From contig DAIDIC010000143.1 of NCBI GenBank assembly GCA_027459525.1, positions 3,704-67,703 of the forward strand: a stretch of DNA of 64,000 nt, written 5' to 3'. Of the stretch, positions 35,220-45,909 are shown in pieces. The position numbers and the translations under genes were made by a program. Within the stretch, counting starts at the first letter, position 1; every line of letters starts with the position of its first letter. A model generated the notes under the pieces. The model did no database searches and had not been told where the DNA came from. It worked only from the letters and a program-made list of their open reading frames with translations. Origin of the DNA: Ktedonobacteria bacterium. GTDB taxonomy: Bacteria; Chloroflexota; Ktedonobacteria; Ktedonobacterales; JACDGC01.

Positions 35220-37037
35220 TTATTGGCTCTGAGTAGCAGTTGTGAACCAATCATTCATGTTCCAGTCATCACCAGCTGAAGAAGGACTCTGCTGGTAGTT
35301 GCCCAGGGTGGATTTCACCAAGGAAATGCTGGAGCGGATGAATAATGGATCATAGAAGTAATCTTGAGCCAACATCTGTTGAACTTTCGCCATGTCGCTA
35401 TTCAATTGAGCTTCGCTGACATAGGTTGTGCCGTCTGTGGTCAAAATCTGATCAACAGCAGGATCATCGGCGCCGCTATAGTTGCCGCCGCCAGGATTCT
35501 TTGCTGTCGGAATATTTGATGTGCCAACCAATGTGCTCAGGTTCAAATAAGGATCTGAACCGAAGACATACGCGAAGAGCGAGATATCATACTGGCCGGA
35601 AGACAGAATACCATTGTTTACAAATACGCCGAACAGTTTGCCGGCAGGATATTCAGCAACGGTAGTTTTGATTTGCAAGTTCTGGGCAAGCTGTGCTGCG
35701 AGCAAGTGAATGTAAGCGTCACGCTCGGGGTTGCCGCTTGTCGTAACCAATGTAATGTTCACTTCGGTTGAAGTATTCGGATAGGTCAGTTTGCCGTTTG
35801 CGTCGAGTTTGAAGCCGGCTTGCTGCATCAAAGACTGCGCGTCACTTGGGTTGAACGCAGGTGACTGAACAGAAGCATTGTAATCGGCAGCCGGAGGAGC
35901 AGTCAACTCACCTGTTTTATATAACGGGCTGTTGCAGTCAGGAATACCGGCAACGGCGATATTCGCTTGGCAAGTATTGAAGGCTTCAATAAATGCTTTA
36001 CGTACATTCGCGCTCGCGAAGATGGAGGTTCCGCCGTTCGACGCAGCGTTTAACGCTTGCGGGCGAACATTGAATTCCAAGTGCTCAACGCCAATTTGCG
36101 GAGCAATGTTTACCTGAGAGCCAAGTCCGGCAAATTGCGGCAGGTCGGACATAACAAAGTCTTCGACTTTATCATACTGGCCTGTTTTATAAGCCTGAAT
36201 TAAAACGGATTTCTGGCTGGTGCCTTTGAAAATAATCTGGTCTAAATAAGGTCCTTTGAAGAAGTTGGAATGGAAATTCGGGTTCTTCTGCAGAACGATA
36301 TTGCCAGGAGCAAAGCTCTTAACAGTGTAAGCGCCGTTGTCTTTCGGGAACTGTGTCAGGAAGCTGGGGTTGGATTCCAACGCCTGCACTGCAGTAGTAT
36401 TATATACGCCGTTTACATATGTTCCGGGATATGATTCTGCCGGTAATGGGAATAAGCCTGAGACTGCATTGAGGTAGTCGCTGAACGGGCTGCTCCATTT
36501 AATAGTAAGAGTGGTGCTATCCGTTGCGGTTACGCTTTTCATGAATGAATATGGTGGGATGCCATCAATATTCGGGTCCATACCAATGCTGACCATGAAC
36601 GCAAAATCCGAGGCAGTAATTGGGGTGCCGTCAGACCATTTGTCATTCGGATCAATTTTCAAAGTTGTGGTTAAGCCATCAGCTGATTCGCCGCCGTTGG
36701 CAACGGTGGGAACCTGTGTGCACTGATCTGGTTTGAAACCAGCTAAGCCAAGGGACAAGTTCGGGAGCTGGATAAGGCAGCTATCCCAAATTGCATTGTA
36801 CACTTCAACTGAAGCGACAGATGTTGTTAAGAACGGATTCAAGTTATCCGGTGATTCCCAGTCGCCGATAACGACGGTGCCGCCAGTTTTGCTGGGCGTT
36901 GTGGGACTATAGTTGAAATTGTACGTTGAGCTGGCTCCGGTTGTACTGCCAGACGACGATGCGCCACAGGCAGCAACCAGCATTGCCAGTACTCCGAGCA
37001 TGCTGATAAACATCGCACGCGCTTTCATGTTTCGCAA
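35220..37037 (-). CDS. ABC transporter substrate-binding lipoprotein (family 5, peptide/nickel type)
   Basis: Lipobox LVAACG follows a signal peptide. The 605-aa length and motifs are typical of SBP_bac_5. Confidence 0.8.
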   Translation of the reverse strand: MRNMKARAMFISMLGVLAMLVAACGASSSGSTTGASSTYNFNYSPTTPSKTGGTVVIGDWESPDNLNPFLTTSVASVEVYNAIWDSCLIQLPNLSLGLAGFKPDQCTQVPTVANGGESADGLTTTLKIDPNDKWSDGTPITASDFAFMVSIGMDPNIDGIPPYSFMKSVTATDSTTLTIKWSSPFSDYLNAVSGLFPLPAESYPGTYVNGVYNTTAVQALESNPSFLTQFPKDNGAYTVKSFAPGNIVLQKNPNFHSNFFKGPYLDQIIFKGTSQKSVLIQAYKTGQYDKVEDFVMSDLPQFAGLGSQVNIAPQIGVEHLEFNVRPQALNAASNGGTSIFASANVRKAFIEAFNTCQANIAVAGIPDCNSPLYKTGELTAPPAADYNASVQSPAFNPSDAQSLMQQAGFKLDANGKLTYPNTSTEVNITLVTTSGNPERDAYIHLLAAQLAQNLQIKTTVAEYPAGKLFGVFVNNGILSSGQYDISLFAYVFGSDPYLNLSTLVGTSNIPTAKNPGGGNYSGADDPAVDQILTTDGTTYVSEAQLNSDMAKVQQMLAQDYFYDPLFIRSSISLVKSTLGNYQQSPSSAGDDWNMNDWFTTATQSQ

Positions 37038-37192
37038 GACTCAAGTCCTCCTCTTGAATTTCGATTCACACCTATTCATGTGAATCACTCACAATAAGTG
37101 AGAAAAGTACATGTTGAGCGCAACTTAAAGATTGCGCACTGAATCTATCTGCTCACCGAATATTCGGTGGTATGCAGCAATAACAATTACGG

Positions 37193-38350
37193 TTAGCGTG
37201 TATTTTGATTAGGATCCGAACCGGGATTTGTTATGGAATCGATACGAATATAAATCATTGAAGACGAATTCAAAGCAGCGTCTGGGGTCAATGCAATAAC
37301 ATCATACCCAAATGGCTGATCCGAACCGATTGACACAACTCCACCGCCATATTTTATGCCTTCCAATGTATTTGCAAGATCCTCTAACTGAAATGGACTC
37401 AGTTTTTTAGCCACCGACACTAAAAATGGTTTCATAGTTTCTACCGGCACATTCGCGCTGATATTATCAACCGCTATCCATGTAACCAGCCCTTGCTGGC
37501 CAATAGCGCCAGAAATCAATTCAGCTCGTTCCGCAGTTTCCCATTGAAGCACGCCGTTTACGCGCACCCAATGGCCTGCAACAAACACCCCATTGGATGA
37601 GCCTATGGGAATTTGTTCGGAAGACCCCGACTGCACTACTTGAAGCGCAACTTGGTTTTTCGGCAGAAATTGTAAAATCGTTAATTGATGAACACCTTGG
37701 GCGTCTGTTTTTATGTATCGCAACGTCATCAGGCCGCCAACAGTCCACCACTGCGCGTCATATACATCCATACCTACAAAGTGATAGCCATCTATCACAG
37801 TTCCTGCCCAATCCGGCTGAAATAATATCCGGTGATCCGGCTGAATACTGGTTTTGGATGGTGTTGATTTGGTTATCTTCGTTGGATACGAATGAACAAA
37901 CAATGCGCCGGTGTTGCCGGATAATACATCCAGCATGGAAGCAAACGCCGTTCCGCTGAAAAGCGCATTCAGAGAAACTATCAGCGCTAAAGACATGACT
38001 GCCAAAACAGCTCGCTGCGCAATTGTTTTTTTGCGGTTTCTGCGGCGGTTTCTTTGCGCCGGTAACTCTGAAGTTAATGGATGCTTTTCGATGGATAGCC
38101 CTAAAGATTGAAATACCCCGGTATGCACTCGTGTTTCCAGGTCATCATCTGCTGCAGCGTGCGACTGTCCGCTTAAAAGCGTTTGCGCATACAGCGGCGG
38201 CAACTCTTCATTTTGAATATCAAAATGACCATTCAAACATTCCGCAAACTCAGTGTCATCTGCGGTAAAATCTATCGGCAATTTTCGGCCATTTCGCAGG
38301 GCACGACGATTGTCGGCAAAATTATTATTGGTTGATTTATATTCGTCCAT
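37193..38350 (-). CDS. Anti-sigma-like membrane protein (single TM, extracytoplasmic domain)
   Basis: It lies downstream of a sigma gene and overlaps it by 14 nt if the ATG at 38350 is used (the ORF opens at 38410). It has a TM helix AVLAVMSLALIVSLNALF and a C-terminal domain of about 230 aa. Confidence 0.55.
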   Translation of the reverse strand: MDEYKSTNNNFADNRRALRNGRKLPIDFTADDTEFAECLNGHFDIQNEELPPLYAQTLLSGQSHAAADDDLETRVHTGVFQSLGLSIEKHPLTSELPAQRNRRRNRKKTIAQRAVLAVMSLALIVSLNALFSGTAFASMLDVLSGNTGALFVHSYPTKITKSTPSKTSIQPDHRILFQPDWAGTVIDGYHFVGMDVYDAQWWTVGGLMTLRYIKTDAQGVHQLTILQFLPKNQVALQVVQSGSSEQIPIGSSNGVFVAGHWVRVNGVLQWETAERAELISGAIGQQGLVTWIAVDNISANVPVETMKPFLVSVAKKLSPFQLEDLANTLEGIKYGGGVVSIGSDQPFGYDVIALTPDAALNSSSMIYIRIDSITNPGSDPNQNTR

Positions 38351-38984
38351 GAGCTGGCTCCCGCAGCGCATCGCGCATAGATCTGCGCGCCCGCCAGATA
38401 CGCGTATCAATGGCGTGTCGTGACAATCCTGTTTCAGCCGCCATATCTTCTGCGCTCATAAGCAAAAAATACCTCATATATACCAAACGCCTGTCTAGAT
38501 CAGACAACAGAGCAAGAGCTGTATACAACTGTTCTTGTTCTTCGCGTTTCTCAAGCAGATTATCTAGGGGTTCCTGAAGGTGTATATCTTGAGCAAAATA
38601 CCGATCTAAAAATGAGAATGAATCACCTTCTGCTTCAACAAAATTGAGGTGCTCATTTTCCAAATGCGAGATGGTAACAGTATTCATGTGCTTTTTGATA
38701 AGAGAACGGCGTTTATCCAACGCGATATATCTGGCGCGCATCGTCAGCCACGTCCGAAATGAACCGCGCGAAGCGTCAAATGAGGCAATATCCTGCCATG
38801 CAGAAATAAACACATCATTTAAGCATTCTTCAACATCCTGTTCGTTTCCTATCGTGTTGAGAACAACTTTGATAAAATAAAATAACTCTCGCGAATACCG
38901 TTCAATTATTGCGGCTAAAGCATCGGGATTATGTTTGCTTAACTCTACCGCAAAAACCTTATCGGTCCATCCACTTGAACTCAT
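38337..38984 (-). CDS. Sigma-70-family (ECF-like) sigma factor
   Basis: Region 2 is DVEECLNDVFISAWQDIASFDASRGSFRTWLTMRARYIALDKRR. Region 4 is LSAEDMAAETGLSRHAIDTRIWRARRSM. Confidence 0.8.
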   Translation of the reverse strand: MSSSGWTDKVFAVELSKHNPDALAAIIERYSRELFYFIKVVLNTIGNEQDVEECLNDVFISAWQDIASFDASRGSFRTWLTMRARYIALDKRRSLIKKHMNTVTISHLENEHLNFVEAEGDSFSFLDRYFAQDIHLQEPLDNLLEKREEQEQLYTALALLSDLDRRLVYMRYFLLMSAEDMAAETGLSRHAIDTRIWRARRSMRDALREPAHGRI

Positions 38985-39210
38985 GACGCCTCACAGTTAC
39001 CCTTTCACTCGATCTGCTGCGTTGCAGGAACGACTCAATGAAAAGACACATAAAATATGCACAATACAATATCAGGAGTGGTGTTATAACATCACTATTG
39101 TTATTACGCTATAAAAACACAAAATCTCACATAAATTTTAAGGTTTCGTAAAAACTCGCTGCAGATCATTTGGCCTTGCCATTTGCATAGGCTACAATCA
39201 TTATAGTCTT

Positions 39211-39347
39211 CAAGACTTTCGCTTCAGCATGGAACATCGGGGATATACAAGGGGCAATGCCCCTTGTACGGGGTTCTGGGGTGTCCCCAGACCTCCCTCT
39301 GTTTCAGATACGAGAACCACGTGCTTCTCTTTCCAGCGAAAGTCCTA
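39211..39347 (+). mobile_element. Family-A 137-bp TIR element, copy 6
   Basis: Full-length copy with flanking 5-mers GTCTT and GTTTT. It is antisense to both neighbouring genes. Confidence 0.9.
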
Positions 39348-39548
39348 GTTTTATAGGTCATTTTTTGTAAAAAATCTGTATATCTGTTTTATAACGTCTG
39401 GCTGTCAATAAAAGCAACAAAAATCTGCTTCCCGTCAAAAAATTGCTGTACACAAAATTTTTGAGGAGACGCAAGCCTTCTTTCAGCGCCGAAAAAACCT
39501 GTTTGCAAAAACCATGTGTATCGGTGAAAGAAGGCCGTTGCTCTTTAC

Positions 39549-40484
39549 TTAGCCACGGGCAAAATTACTCATAATAAAAAACAGATTGGCTGGCCGTTCA
39601 GCCATTCTTCTTGTTAAATAGGGATACCACTGAGATCCATAGGGAATATAAATTCTTACATTATATCCCTCTCCCTGTAACTGATTCTGCAGATCTCGGC
39701 GGATGCCATACAACATCTGAAATTCAAATTGTGATGGCGCAATACCGTTTTCTTTCGCAAATCGTTTCGCGTCAGCTATCAGCCGTACATCATGTGTGCC
39801 AAACGCTGGGTATATTCCTTTTTTCAGCAGTTTATACATTATTTGCCGATAATTCTCATCTACATCACTCTTTGCTGGAAACGCAATAGCTGAAGGTTCT
39901 TGATATGCGCCTTTAACCAGCCGCACACGTATGCCGTCCTCAATCAACCGATCGATATCATCCGAACTGCGATACAACATCGACTGAATAACTGTTCCTA
40001 CATTTCCGCCAACTTGCCCAATCGATTCAGAGTACTCAGCGTGCAGCATGTGTGTTAAACGCAAGGTTCGCTCGGTATACGCCGAACCCTCCATATCTAA
40101 GCGAACAAAATTGCCTTGCGCCTGCGCGGTGTCTAAAACGGTCCGCACATTTTTCAGGCAGGCGTCCTCACTGATATCCAAGCCCAACGCGGTTAATTTA
40201 ATAGAAATATTGGCGTTTAAATGATGCTCGGCTATCGCATTTAAAATTGCAATATACCCTTGGGCAGTTGCTTCCGATTCTTCAATACTGCCGGTATTTT
40301 CACCTAAATGATCCAATGTCGCCATGACGCCGTGTTCATTCAGCTCTTTTGCAGACTGCAGAGCAGAAGATAAATCTTCCCCGGCAACAAAACGGCTGGC
40401 GATATTTTTCCCCATAGGGTTTTCATTAACGAAATTTTGAATCATCTTCGATTTTGCTGCCGTTAAAACTAAACTTCTTAACAT
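39549..40484 (-). CDS. Proline dehydrogenase (monofunctional)
   Basis: SRFVAGEDL, ISIKLTALG, VRLDMEGS and RLVKGAY motifs. The ATG at 40484 is preferred over the one at 40553. Confidence 0.85.
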   Translation of the reverse strand: MLRSLVLTAAKSKMIQNFVNENPMGKNIASRFVAGEDLSSALQSAKELNEHGVMATLDHLGENTGSIEESEATAQGYIAILNAIAEHHLNANISIKLTALGLDISEDACLKNVRTVLDTAQAQGNFVRLDMEGSAYTERTLRLTHMLHAEYSESIGQVGGNVGTVIQSMLYRSSDDIDRLIEDGIRVRLVKGAYQEPSAIAFPAKSDVDENYRQIMYKLLKKGIYPAFGTHDVRLIADAKRFAKENGIAPSQFEFQMLYGIRRDLQNQLQGEGYNVRIYIPYGSQWYPYLTRRMAERPANLFFIMSNFARG

Positions 40485-40569
40485 ACTTCTTTGTATATCT
40501 CCAATCACTTGGCTATATTTATAACTATGCGCTTTTAGCGTTACCAAAAACATCGCTATATACTAATTT

Positions 40570-40705
40570 CAGGGCTTTCGCTGCAACATGGAACATCGGG
40601 GATGTACAAGGGGCGCCGCCCCTTGTACGAGGTTCTGGGGTGTCCCCAGACCTCCCTTTTTGCAGATACGAGAACCATGCGCTTCTCTTTCAAGCGAAAG
40701 TCCTA
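40570..40705 (+). mobile_element. Family-A 136-bp TIR element, copy 7
   Basis: Near-consensus copy with a perfect internal hairpin GTACAAGGGGCG/CGCCCCTTGTAC. Perfect 6-bp flanking repeats TAATTT lie at 40564-40569 and 40706-40711. Confidence 0.9.
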
Positions 40706-40882
40706 TAATTTTAATGTTGCTGTTTCCATTTTATCTGCCTGATGTTAGTATAACGCGCTTGCATGGCATATATTTTGCCTTTTCCCTTTATCTTATCATA
40801 AGAAATGTCATTTCGGCAGGAATATTGCGCTATATTTTATGAAAACACTATCCAAATGGATTTCATGTGAATTTTCAGGGAA

Positions 40883-41719
40883 ATGGATGGATCCTTTAGT
40901 ATGGAATCCATTATTATCTTGCTCGTAATAATTCTGCTCGGCTGTGCAATTCTTATATGGTTTCTCATCACAAAATGGCTGCCGGCCATTTCTAAACTGA
41001 CAACAACACTGGAAAAAGAAACTCAGGAAGCGCTGAAAACCGGCAGCGCACTCCAAAAAAATTCCCGCGAACAAATGAAATATATTTGGAAACAAGCTGA
41101 TTCAGCAAAAACCGCCTTAAACGGCATTGGTTCACTGCGCCAAATGGTTACAGAATTAGAACAAACAGCTGAAGACATGCAGGCAATAGCGCAGCAATTG
41201 GATAATGACGCTATGCGCGGCGGGCGCATCTCGTCAACAGTAACCCGCCAAGCCGACTCTGCGGCTAAACGCCTTACCGCAACAGCAAACAGAGCAAAAT
41301 ACACATATCAATTACTGTTCCGCTCTCTCGATCAGCTTATCGCTGACACTGAGGAATTGCGCGATTTCAGTAAAGGCAACGAAGTTTTTGCTAAGGAACT
41401 TACCGGCGCTGTTGAGCGTGTTCATGGCGCTGTTTATAAAAATAACCGCCTTCCCCATGCAGTCCGCGAACTGCCTTCCGGTAATAAGTTGCCTTCCAGT
41501 CAAAAAAATTATTCCGCGCCGGCCGCAGCAGCGCACAAACCCGATTTAAAACGCAAGGCAAAAAAATCCGCGCAAGACGACCTGGACTACAACCCGCCAT
41601 CAGAATTTCGTAATGAGCCATTCAACGCCAGAAACCACACCCCCCGCTATCGCATGAAAGAAGATGAGTCATCCGATTATTCAGATTATCATCACCGCTA
41701 CGATGATGAATATGATTAG
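40883..41719 (+). CDS. Hypothetical membrane-anchored coiled-coil protein
   Basis: 278-aa ORF with an N-terminal TM helix. It has a long helical region rich in A/Q/E/K/L and an acidic/aromatic tail (SDYSDYHHRYDDEYD). Confidence 0.55.
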   Translation: MDGSFSMESIIILLVIILLGCAILIWFLITKWLPAISKLTTTLEKETQEALKTGSALQKNSREQMKYIWKQADSAKTALNGIGSLRQMVTELEQTAEDMQAIAQQLDNDAMRGGRISSTVTRQADSAAKRLTATANRAKYTYQLLFRSLDQLIADTEELRDFSKGNEVFAKELTGAVERVHGAVYKNNRLPHAVRELPSGNKLPSSQKNYSAPAAAAHKPDLKRKAKKSAQDDLDYNPPSEFRNEPFNARNHTPRYRMKEDESSDYSDYHHRYDDEYD

Positions 41720-41922
41720 TACACTTTCAATTTGCCCAGGTTTTTGATGTATACTTTTATACAATAGGATTTTTTTGAATACATAAATTATTGCTGTCTG
41801 CAAAGACAACAGTTTCATTCATTGGATTCCAATCTGTAATTATTCCAAACCGCGACAGCGTTAAAATGCTTTTTTCGCAGCGCGCGGCTCATCAAATTTC
41901 AGCAGGGTGAAGGCGCAAAGAT

Positions 41923-42819
41923 ATGTTTCACAGAACACCCAGAGACTCCAGACCAATACAGGATGATATTTCTGCCCCACAGTGGACCATTTCATCTGCC
42001 GAAAGGCATATCGAGCCGCTGGGCCACGATGTTCCTTGGGGAACACTGCGAATTGTAAACGATCCCCATAACACCGAGCCATATGTCTTAGTAAATAAAG
42101 CAATTGCCATCGGACGCGGTAAAGAAAACGATGTTATTTTACATGACGAAAGAATTTCGCGGCTGCACGCTGTGCTGCTATTCGAAAACGGCGCCGCATA
42201 TGCGATCGATCCCGGCGCAACGAACGGAATCATCATCAACGGCAAGCCGCTGCGCGGAAAAGGTCAGCTGCAGCACAGCGCATCAATCGAAATTGTGGAT
42301 ACGCATTTTCTATTTTTATATTCCGATGAATCTGGCTTAGCCAATAAACTCACTCAAGAAACTGATGAGTTTTTTAAAGAAAGCTCAGCAAATATCCCCT
42401 TGCCAGCCAATATCAGCGCAAGGTTCACCACCATACACGGCCCCGAAACCGGCCGCAGTTGGCCAATTTCCCCACCAACCACAACTATCGGACGTCAAAG
42501 CGATAATATCATTTGCATATCTTCCGGTTCTGTTTCGCGGCGGCATGCAATCATCACCGTTCAGCCGGCAGGGTTATTCATCATCAACCTTTCGGCCAGC
42601 GGAGTTCAGGTTAACGGCGAGTTTATTACGGCGCCGCAGCGTATTCAAGGCGGAGACCATATTCAACTTGGTGATTGCGTGTTTATTATCGAAGGCTCTG
42701 TGCCTTTACCGACTGTTGACACAATGCCGACTCAAAATATTCAAGCAATCTATAGGCAAGCTGAGCAGCCGCCAACAAATCCCGATAATACATTTCACCA
42801 ATTTAAGCCGCGCAAATAG
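41923..42819 (+). CDS. Protein with two FHA domains
   Basis: The first FHA domain reads AIGRGKENDVILHDERISRLHAVLLFENGAAYAIDPGATNGIIING. The second reads TIGRQSDNIICISSGSVSRRHAIITVQPAGLFIINLSASGVQVNG. Confidence 0.8.
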   Translation: MFHRTPRDSRPIQDDISAPQWTISSAERHIEPLGHDVPWGTLRIVNDPHNTEPYVLVNKAIAIGRGKENDVILHDERISRLHAVLLFENGAAYAIDPGATNGIIINGKPLRGKGQLQHSASIEIVDTHFLFLYSDESGLANKLTQETDEFFKESSANIPLPANISARFTTIHGPETGRSWPISPPTTTIGRQSDNIICISSGSVSRRHAIITVQPAGLFIINLSASGVQVNGEFITAPQRIQGGDHIQLGDCVFIIEGSVPLPTVDTMPTQNIQAIYRQAEQPPTNPDNTFHQFKPRK

Positions 42820-43059
42820 CCATATCACCCGCAACAGCGCCGCGTATACCGCTAGTATACATTTCTGCTACAGATAGCTTATAATTAAAATACGATTTTT
42901 TCAGCCGCTATACCGCTTCCGGTACAATGCGGCCCCAGCCCTGCTATCCGCAAAAGGCTGAAAGACGCGGCGATAGTTCCAAAAAGCCCCTGCAGCTGCA
43001 TGATGTATCGCCTGAATCTTACCTTATCTTTCAAAGCGCTCAAAGGAGAGTTGCCAAAA

Positions 43060-44115
43060 ATGTCTGTTCCGTCTCACATGTGGGCTATACGCAAACAAGC
43101 CGCGGCGCCCGGCTTGGAACGTATAAAAATAGAAACCCCAAAAATCGGATCTTCCGATATCTTAGTAAAAGTTCGCGCCGCTTCTATCTGCGGCACCGAT
43201 ATGCATATCTATGAATGGGATCCTTGGGCGCAAGGCCGTGTTCATCCGCCATTAACCGTAGGACACGAGTTTTGTGGCAATGTTGTGCAAGTGGGCAGCG
43301 AAGCGCATAATATCCAAGTCGGTGACTATATTTCCGGTGAAACTCATATTGTTTGCGGTGTATGTGAATTTTGCCGCACCGGCCGTGGGCATTTGTGCCC
43401 GAATACGCACATTATCGGCGTCGATCGCGATGGCGCATGGGCAGAATATGTTGCCATTCCCGCAGTAAACGCATGGAAAAATCCTCCGGATCTTCCGCCT
43501 TATCTGGCCACGTTAAAAGAAAACTTCGGCAACGCCGTCCATACCGCATTTTCTGTAGATACACGCTCAAAAAGTGTTTTAGTTACGGGATGCGGCCCTG
43601 TAGGCGTCATGTCGATACCGGTTGCCAAAGCGTGCGGCGCGCGCCAAGTTATCGCAACCGATATTTCAGAATATCGGCTGGATTTAGCAAAAACACTTGG
43701 CGCAGATGTCATTATCAACTCTGCAGACAGCAACGCCGCGCAAAAGATAGTAGACGCCACCAATGGGCTTGGTGTAGATACTTGGCTGGAAATGTCTGGC
43801 GCGCCGGCGGCAATAGCGCAAGGCTTTACCGCATTGAAATCCGGCGGAGAAGTAGCAATGCTGGGTTTACCGTCTAAATTGATGACGTTTGATCTGGCTA
43901 ACTGGATTATTTTTAAAGGCGCTGTAGTACACGGCATAGAAGGCCGTCGCCTATGGGAAACATGGTTTCAGGCTGAAGGATTGCTTCACAGCGGCGCCGT
44001 AAATCTTGAAAAAATAGTAACACACACTTTTCCTTTTGCCTCCTATCAGGAAGCGCTCCATGTCATGGAATCCGGCAAAAGCGGCAAAGTAGTTTTGTTA
44101 TTTGATGAGGAGTGA
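43060..44115 (+). CDS. tdh: L-threonine 3-dehydrogenase
   Basis: Zn-ADH motifs ICGTDMHIYEWD, GHEFCGNVV and CGVCEFCRTG. The SD AAAGGAGAG lies upstream of the ATG at 43060, and kbl is directly downstream. Confidence 0.9.
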   Translation: MSVPSHMWAIRKQAAAPGLERIKIETPKIGSSDILVKVRAASICGTDMHIYEWDPWAQGRVHPPLTVGHEFCGNVVQVGSEAHNIQVGDYISGETHIVCGVCEFCRTGRGHLCPNTHIIGVDRDGAWAEYVAIPAVNAWKNPPDLPPYLATLKENFGNAVHTAFSVDTRSKSVLVTGCGPVGVMSIPVAKACGARQVIATDISEYRLDLAKTLGADVIINSADSNAAQKIVDATNGLGVDTWLEMSGAPAAIAQGFTALKSGGEVAMLGLPSKLMTFDLANWIIFKGAVVHGIEGRRLWETWFQAEGLLHSGAVNLEKIVTHTFPFASYQEALHVMESGKSGKVVLLFDEE

Positions 44116-44120
44116 AGATT

Positions 44121-45305
44121 ATGGGCAATCCGCTCGGATGGCTAGATGATTCTTTGCAAGAGCTGCGAGATAAAAAATTATATAACACCATTCGCGTCAT
44201 TGAATCACCACAAGGTTCTTGGCTGACAGTAGACGGCAGCAAGGTTCTTAATTTCTGCTCAAACAATTACTTGGGCTTAGCTAATAACCCGCGCTTAAAA
44301 CAAGCCGCAAAAGACGCTATCGATAAATTCGGAATCGGCCCCGCCGCAGTGCGAACTATTGCCGGAACCATGGGCATGCACACCGAATTAGAGAAACGAC
44401 TGGCGGCGTTTAAAGAAGCTGAAGCCGCTATTGTTTTTCAATCGGGGTTTACTTCTAATTTAGGAACCATCCCCGCGCTGGTTGGTCCCGGAGATGTTAT
44501 TTTCTCGGACGCATTAAACCACGCCAGCATTATAGACGGATGCCGCCTTAGCCGCGCCGAAAACATTCGCTATGATCATGTCAGCCCGGATAGTTTAAAA
44601 AGTCTGCTGCAAGAAAAACGCAGCCAATTTGCCAAAGCCATCATCATCACCGATGGTGTTTTCAGCATGGATGGAGATATTGCGCCATTGCCGGCGTTGG
44701 CTGAATTGGCGCGTGAATTTGATTGCATGATGATGGTGGATGACGCGCATGGTGAAGGAGTAATGGGCCATGGCGGCCGTGGGATAACACATCATTTTAA
44801 TCTGCAAGGCCAAGTAGATGTTGAAGTAGGCACGCTTTCAAAAGCATTCGGCGTTGTCGGCGGTTATATTGCGGGCAAAGCTGCAATTGTGGAATGGCTG
44901 CGACAGCGCGCCCGCCCATTCTTGTTTTCTTCCGCGCTTACCGTTCCGGATACGGCGGCGTGTTTAGAGGCGGTGCATATATTAGAAGAAAGCGAAGTGT
45001 TAACCGAAAAACTTTGGGAAAACACGCATTACTTTAAAGAAAAAATGCAAGCGCTGGGATTTAACACCGGTAAAAGTGTAACGCCCATTACTCCAATTTT
45101 GCTCGGCGCTGAATCTTTGGCGCAAACATTCAGCCAAAAATTATTTGCCGAAAATGTTTTTGCCATGGCTATCGCCTTCCCTACCGTGCCAATGGGAACC
45201 GCTCGTATCAGGGTTATGATCTCTGCCGCGCACAGTAAAGAAGATTTAGATTTTGGCATAGCTGCATTTACGAAAGTAGGAAAAGAAACAGGAGTTCTAT
45301 CCTAA
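44121..45305 (+). CDS. kbl: Glycine C-acetyltransferase (2-amino-3-ketobutyrate CoA ligase)
   Basis: SNNYLGLANNP, DDAHGEG and the PLP lysine motif GTLSKAFG. The SD GAGGAG lies 8 nt before the ATG at 44121. Confidence 0.9.
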   Translation: MGNPLGWLDDSLQELRDKKLYNTIRVIESPQGSWLTVDGSKVLNFCSNNYLGLANNPRLKQAAKDAIDKFGIGPAAVRTIAGTMGMHTELEKRLAAFKEAEAAIVFQSGFTSNLGTIPALVGPGDVIFSDALNHASIIDGCRLSRAENIRYDHVSPDSLKSLLQEKRSQFAKAIIITDGVFSMDGDIAPLPALAELAREFDCMMMVDDAHGEGVMGHGGRGITHHFNLQGQVDVEVGTLSKAFGVVGGYIAGKAAIVEWLRQRARPFLFSSALTVPDTAACLEAVHILEESEVLTEKLWENTHYFKEKMQALGFNTGKSVTPITPILLGAESLAQTFSQKLFAENVFAMAIAFPTVPMGTARIRVMISAAHSKEDLDFGIAAFTKVGKETGVLS

Positions 45306-45328
45306 ATACACTATCGGCTATTCCTCAT

Positions 45329-45895
45329 TTAATGGCTTTGCAATAGCAGGGTCATAATAGCAAGCGCAGCGGTTGAATGTTGAATTTCACCGCTGCGAAT
45401 CATTTCTGCCGCTTCGCGCAAAAATACCCATTTGCGCGTAATCATTTCAGTAGGTTCTGGCGCGGCCTGCATAACAGTAAGCTTTCTGGCGGTATAACAA
45501 TAACTTACTTGCGGAGATATACCCGCGCTTAAGAAAAATGACCCTAAAAGCCGCCAATCTTCCGCAAATAAGCCGCCTTCTTCAAGCAGTTCCCGCTGTG
45601 CTGCGGCCAGCGGCAATTCACCCGATTCTATTGCGCCGCCGGGCAGCAGCCATTTCCATTGCTGTACAGGATACACAAAATCACGGATGAGTAAAACTCT
45701 TCCCAACTCATCCGTTGCGGCAATAGTAGCGTTATCCCCCGGATCTGCCACACCATAAATGCCTGGGGATCCATCCGGACGGATAACATCATATTCAGTA
45801 ACACGCATCCATTGATTGTTATACACCACATGCTCGGCGCATGTTTTCCATGGGCTGTTATCGGCGTCTGCGACAGTTCTTGGCGGCATATACAA
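45329..45895 (-). CDS. NUDIX hydrolase
   Basis: NUDIX box GGAIESGELPLAAAQRELLEEGG. Confidence 0.85.
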   Translation of the reverse strand: MYMPPRTVADADNSPWKTCAEHVVYNNQWMRVTEYDVIRPDGSPGIYGVADPGDNATIAATDELGRVLLIRDFVYPVQQWKWLLPGGAIESGELPLAAAQRELLEEGGLFAEDWRLLGSFFLSAGISPQVSYCYTARKLTVMQAAPEPTEMITRKWVFLREAAEMIRSGEIQHSTAALAIMTLLLQSH

Positions 45896-45909
45896 ATATA
45901 GCGCTGTGG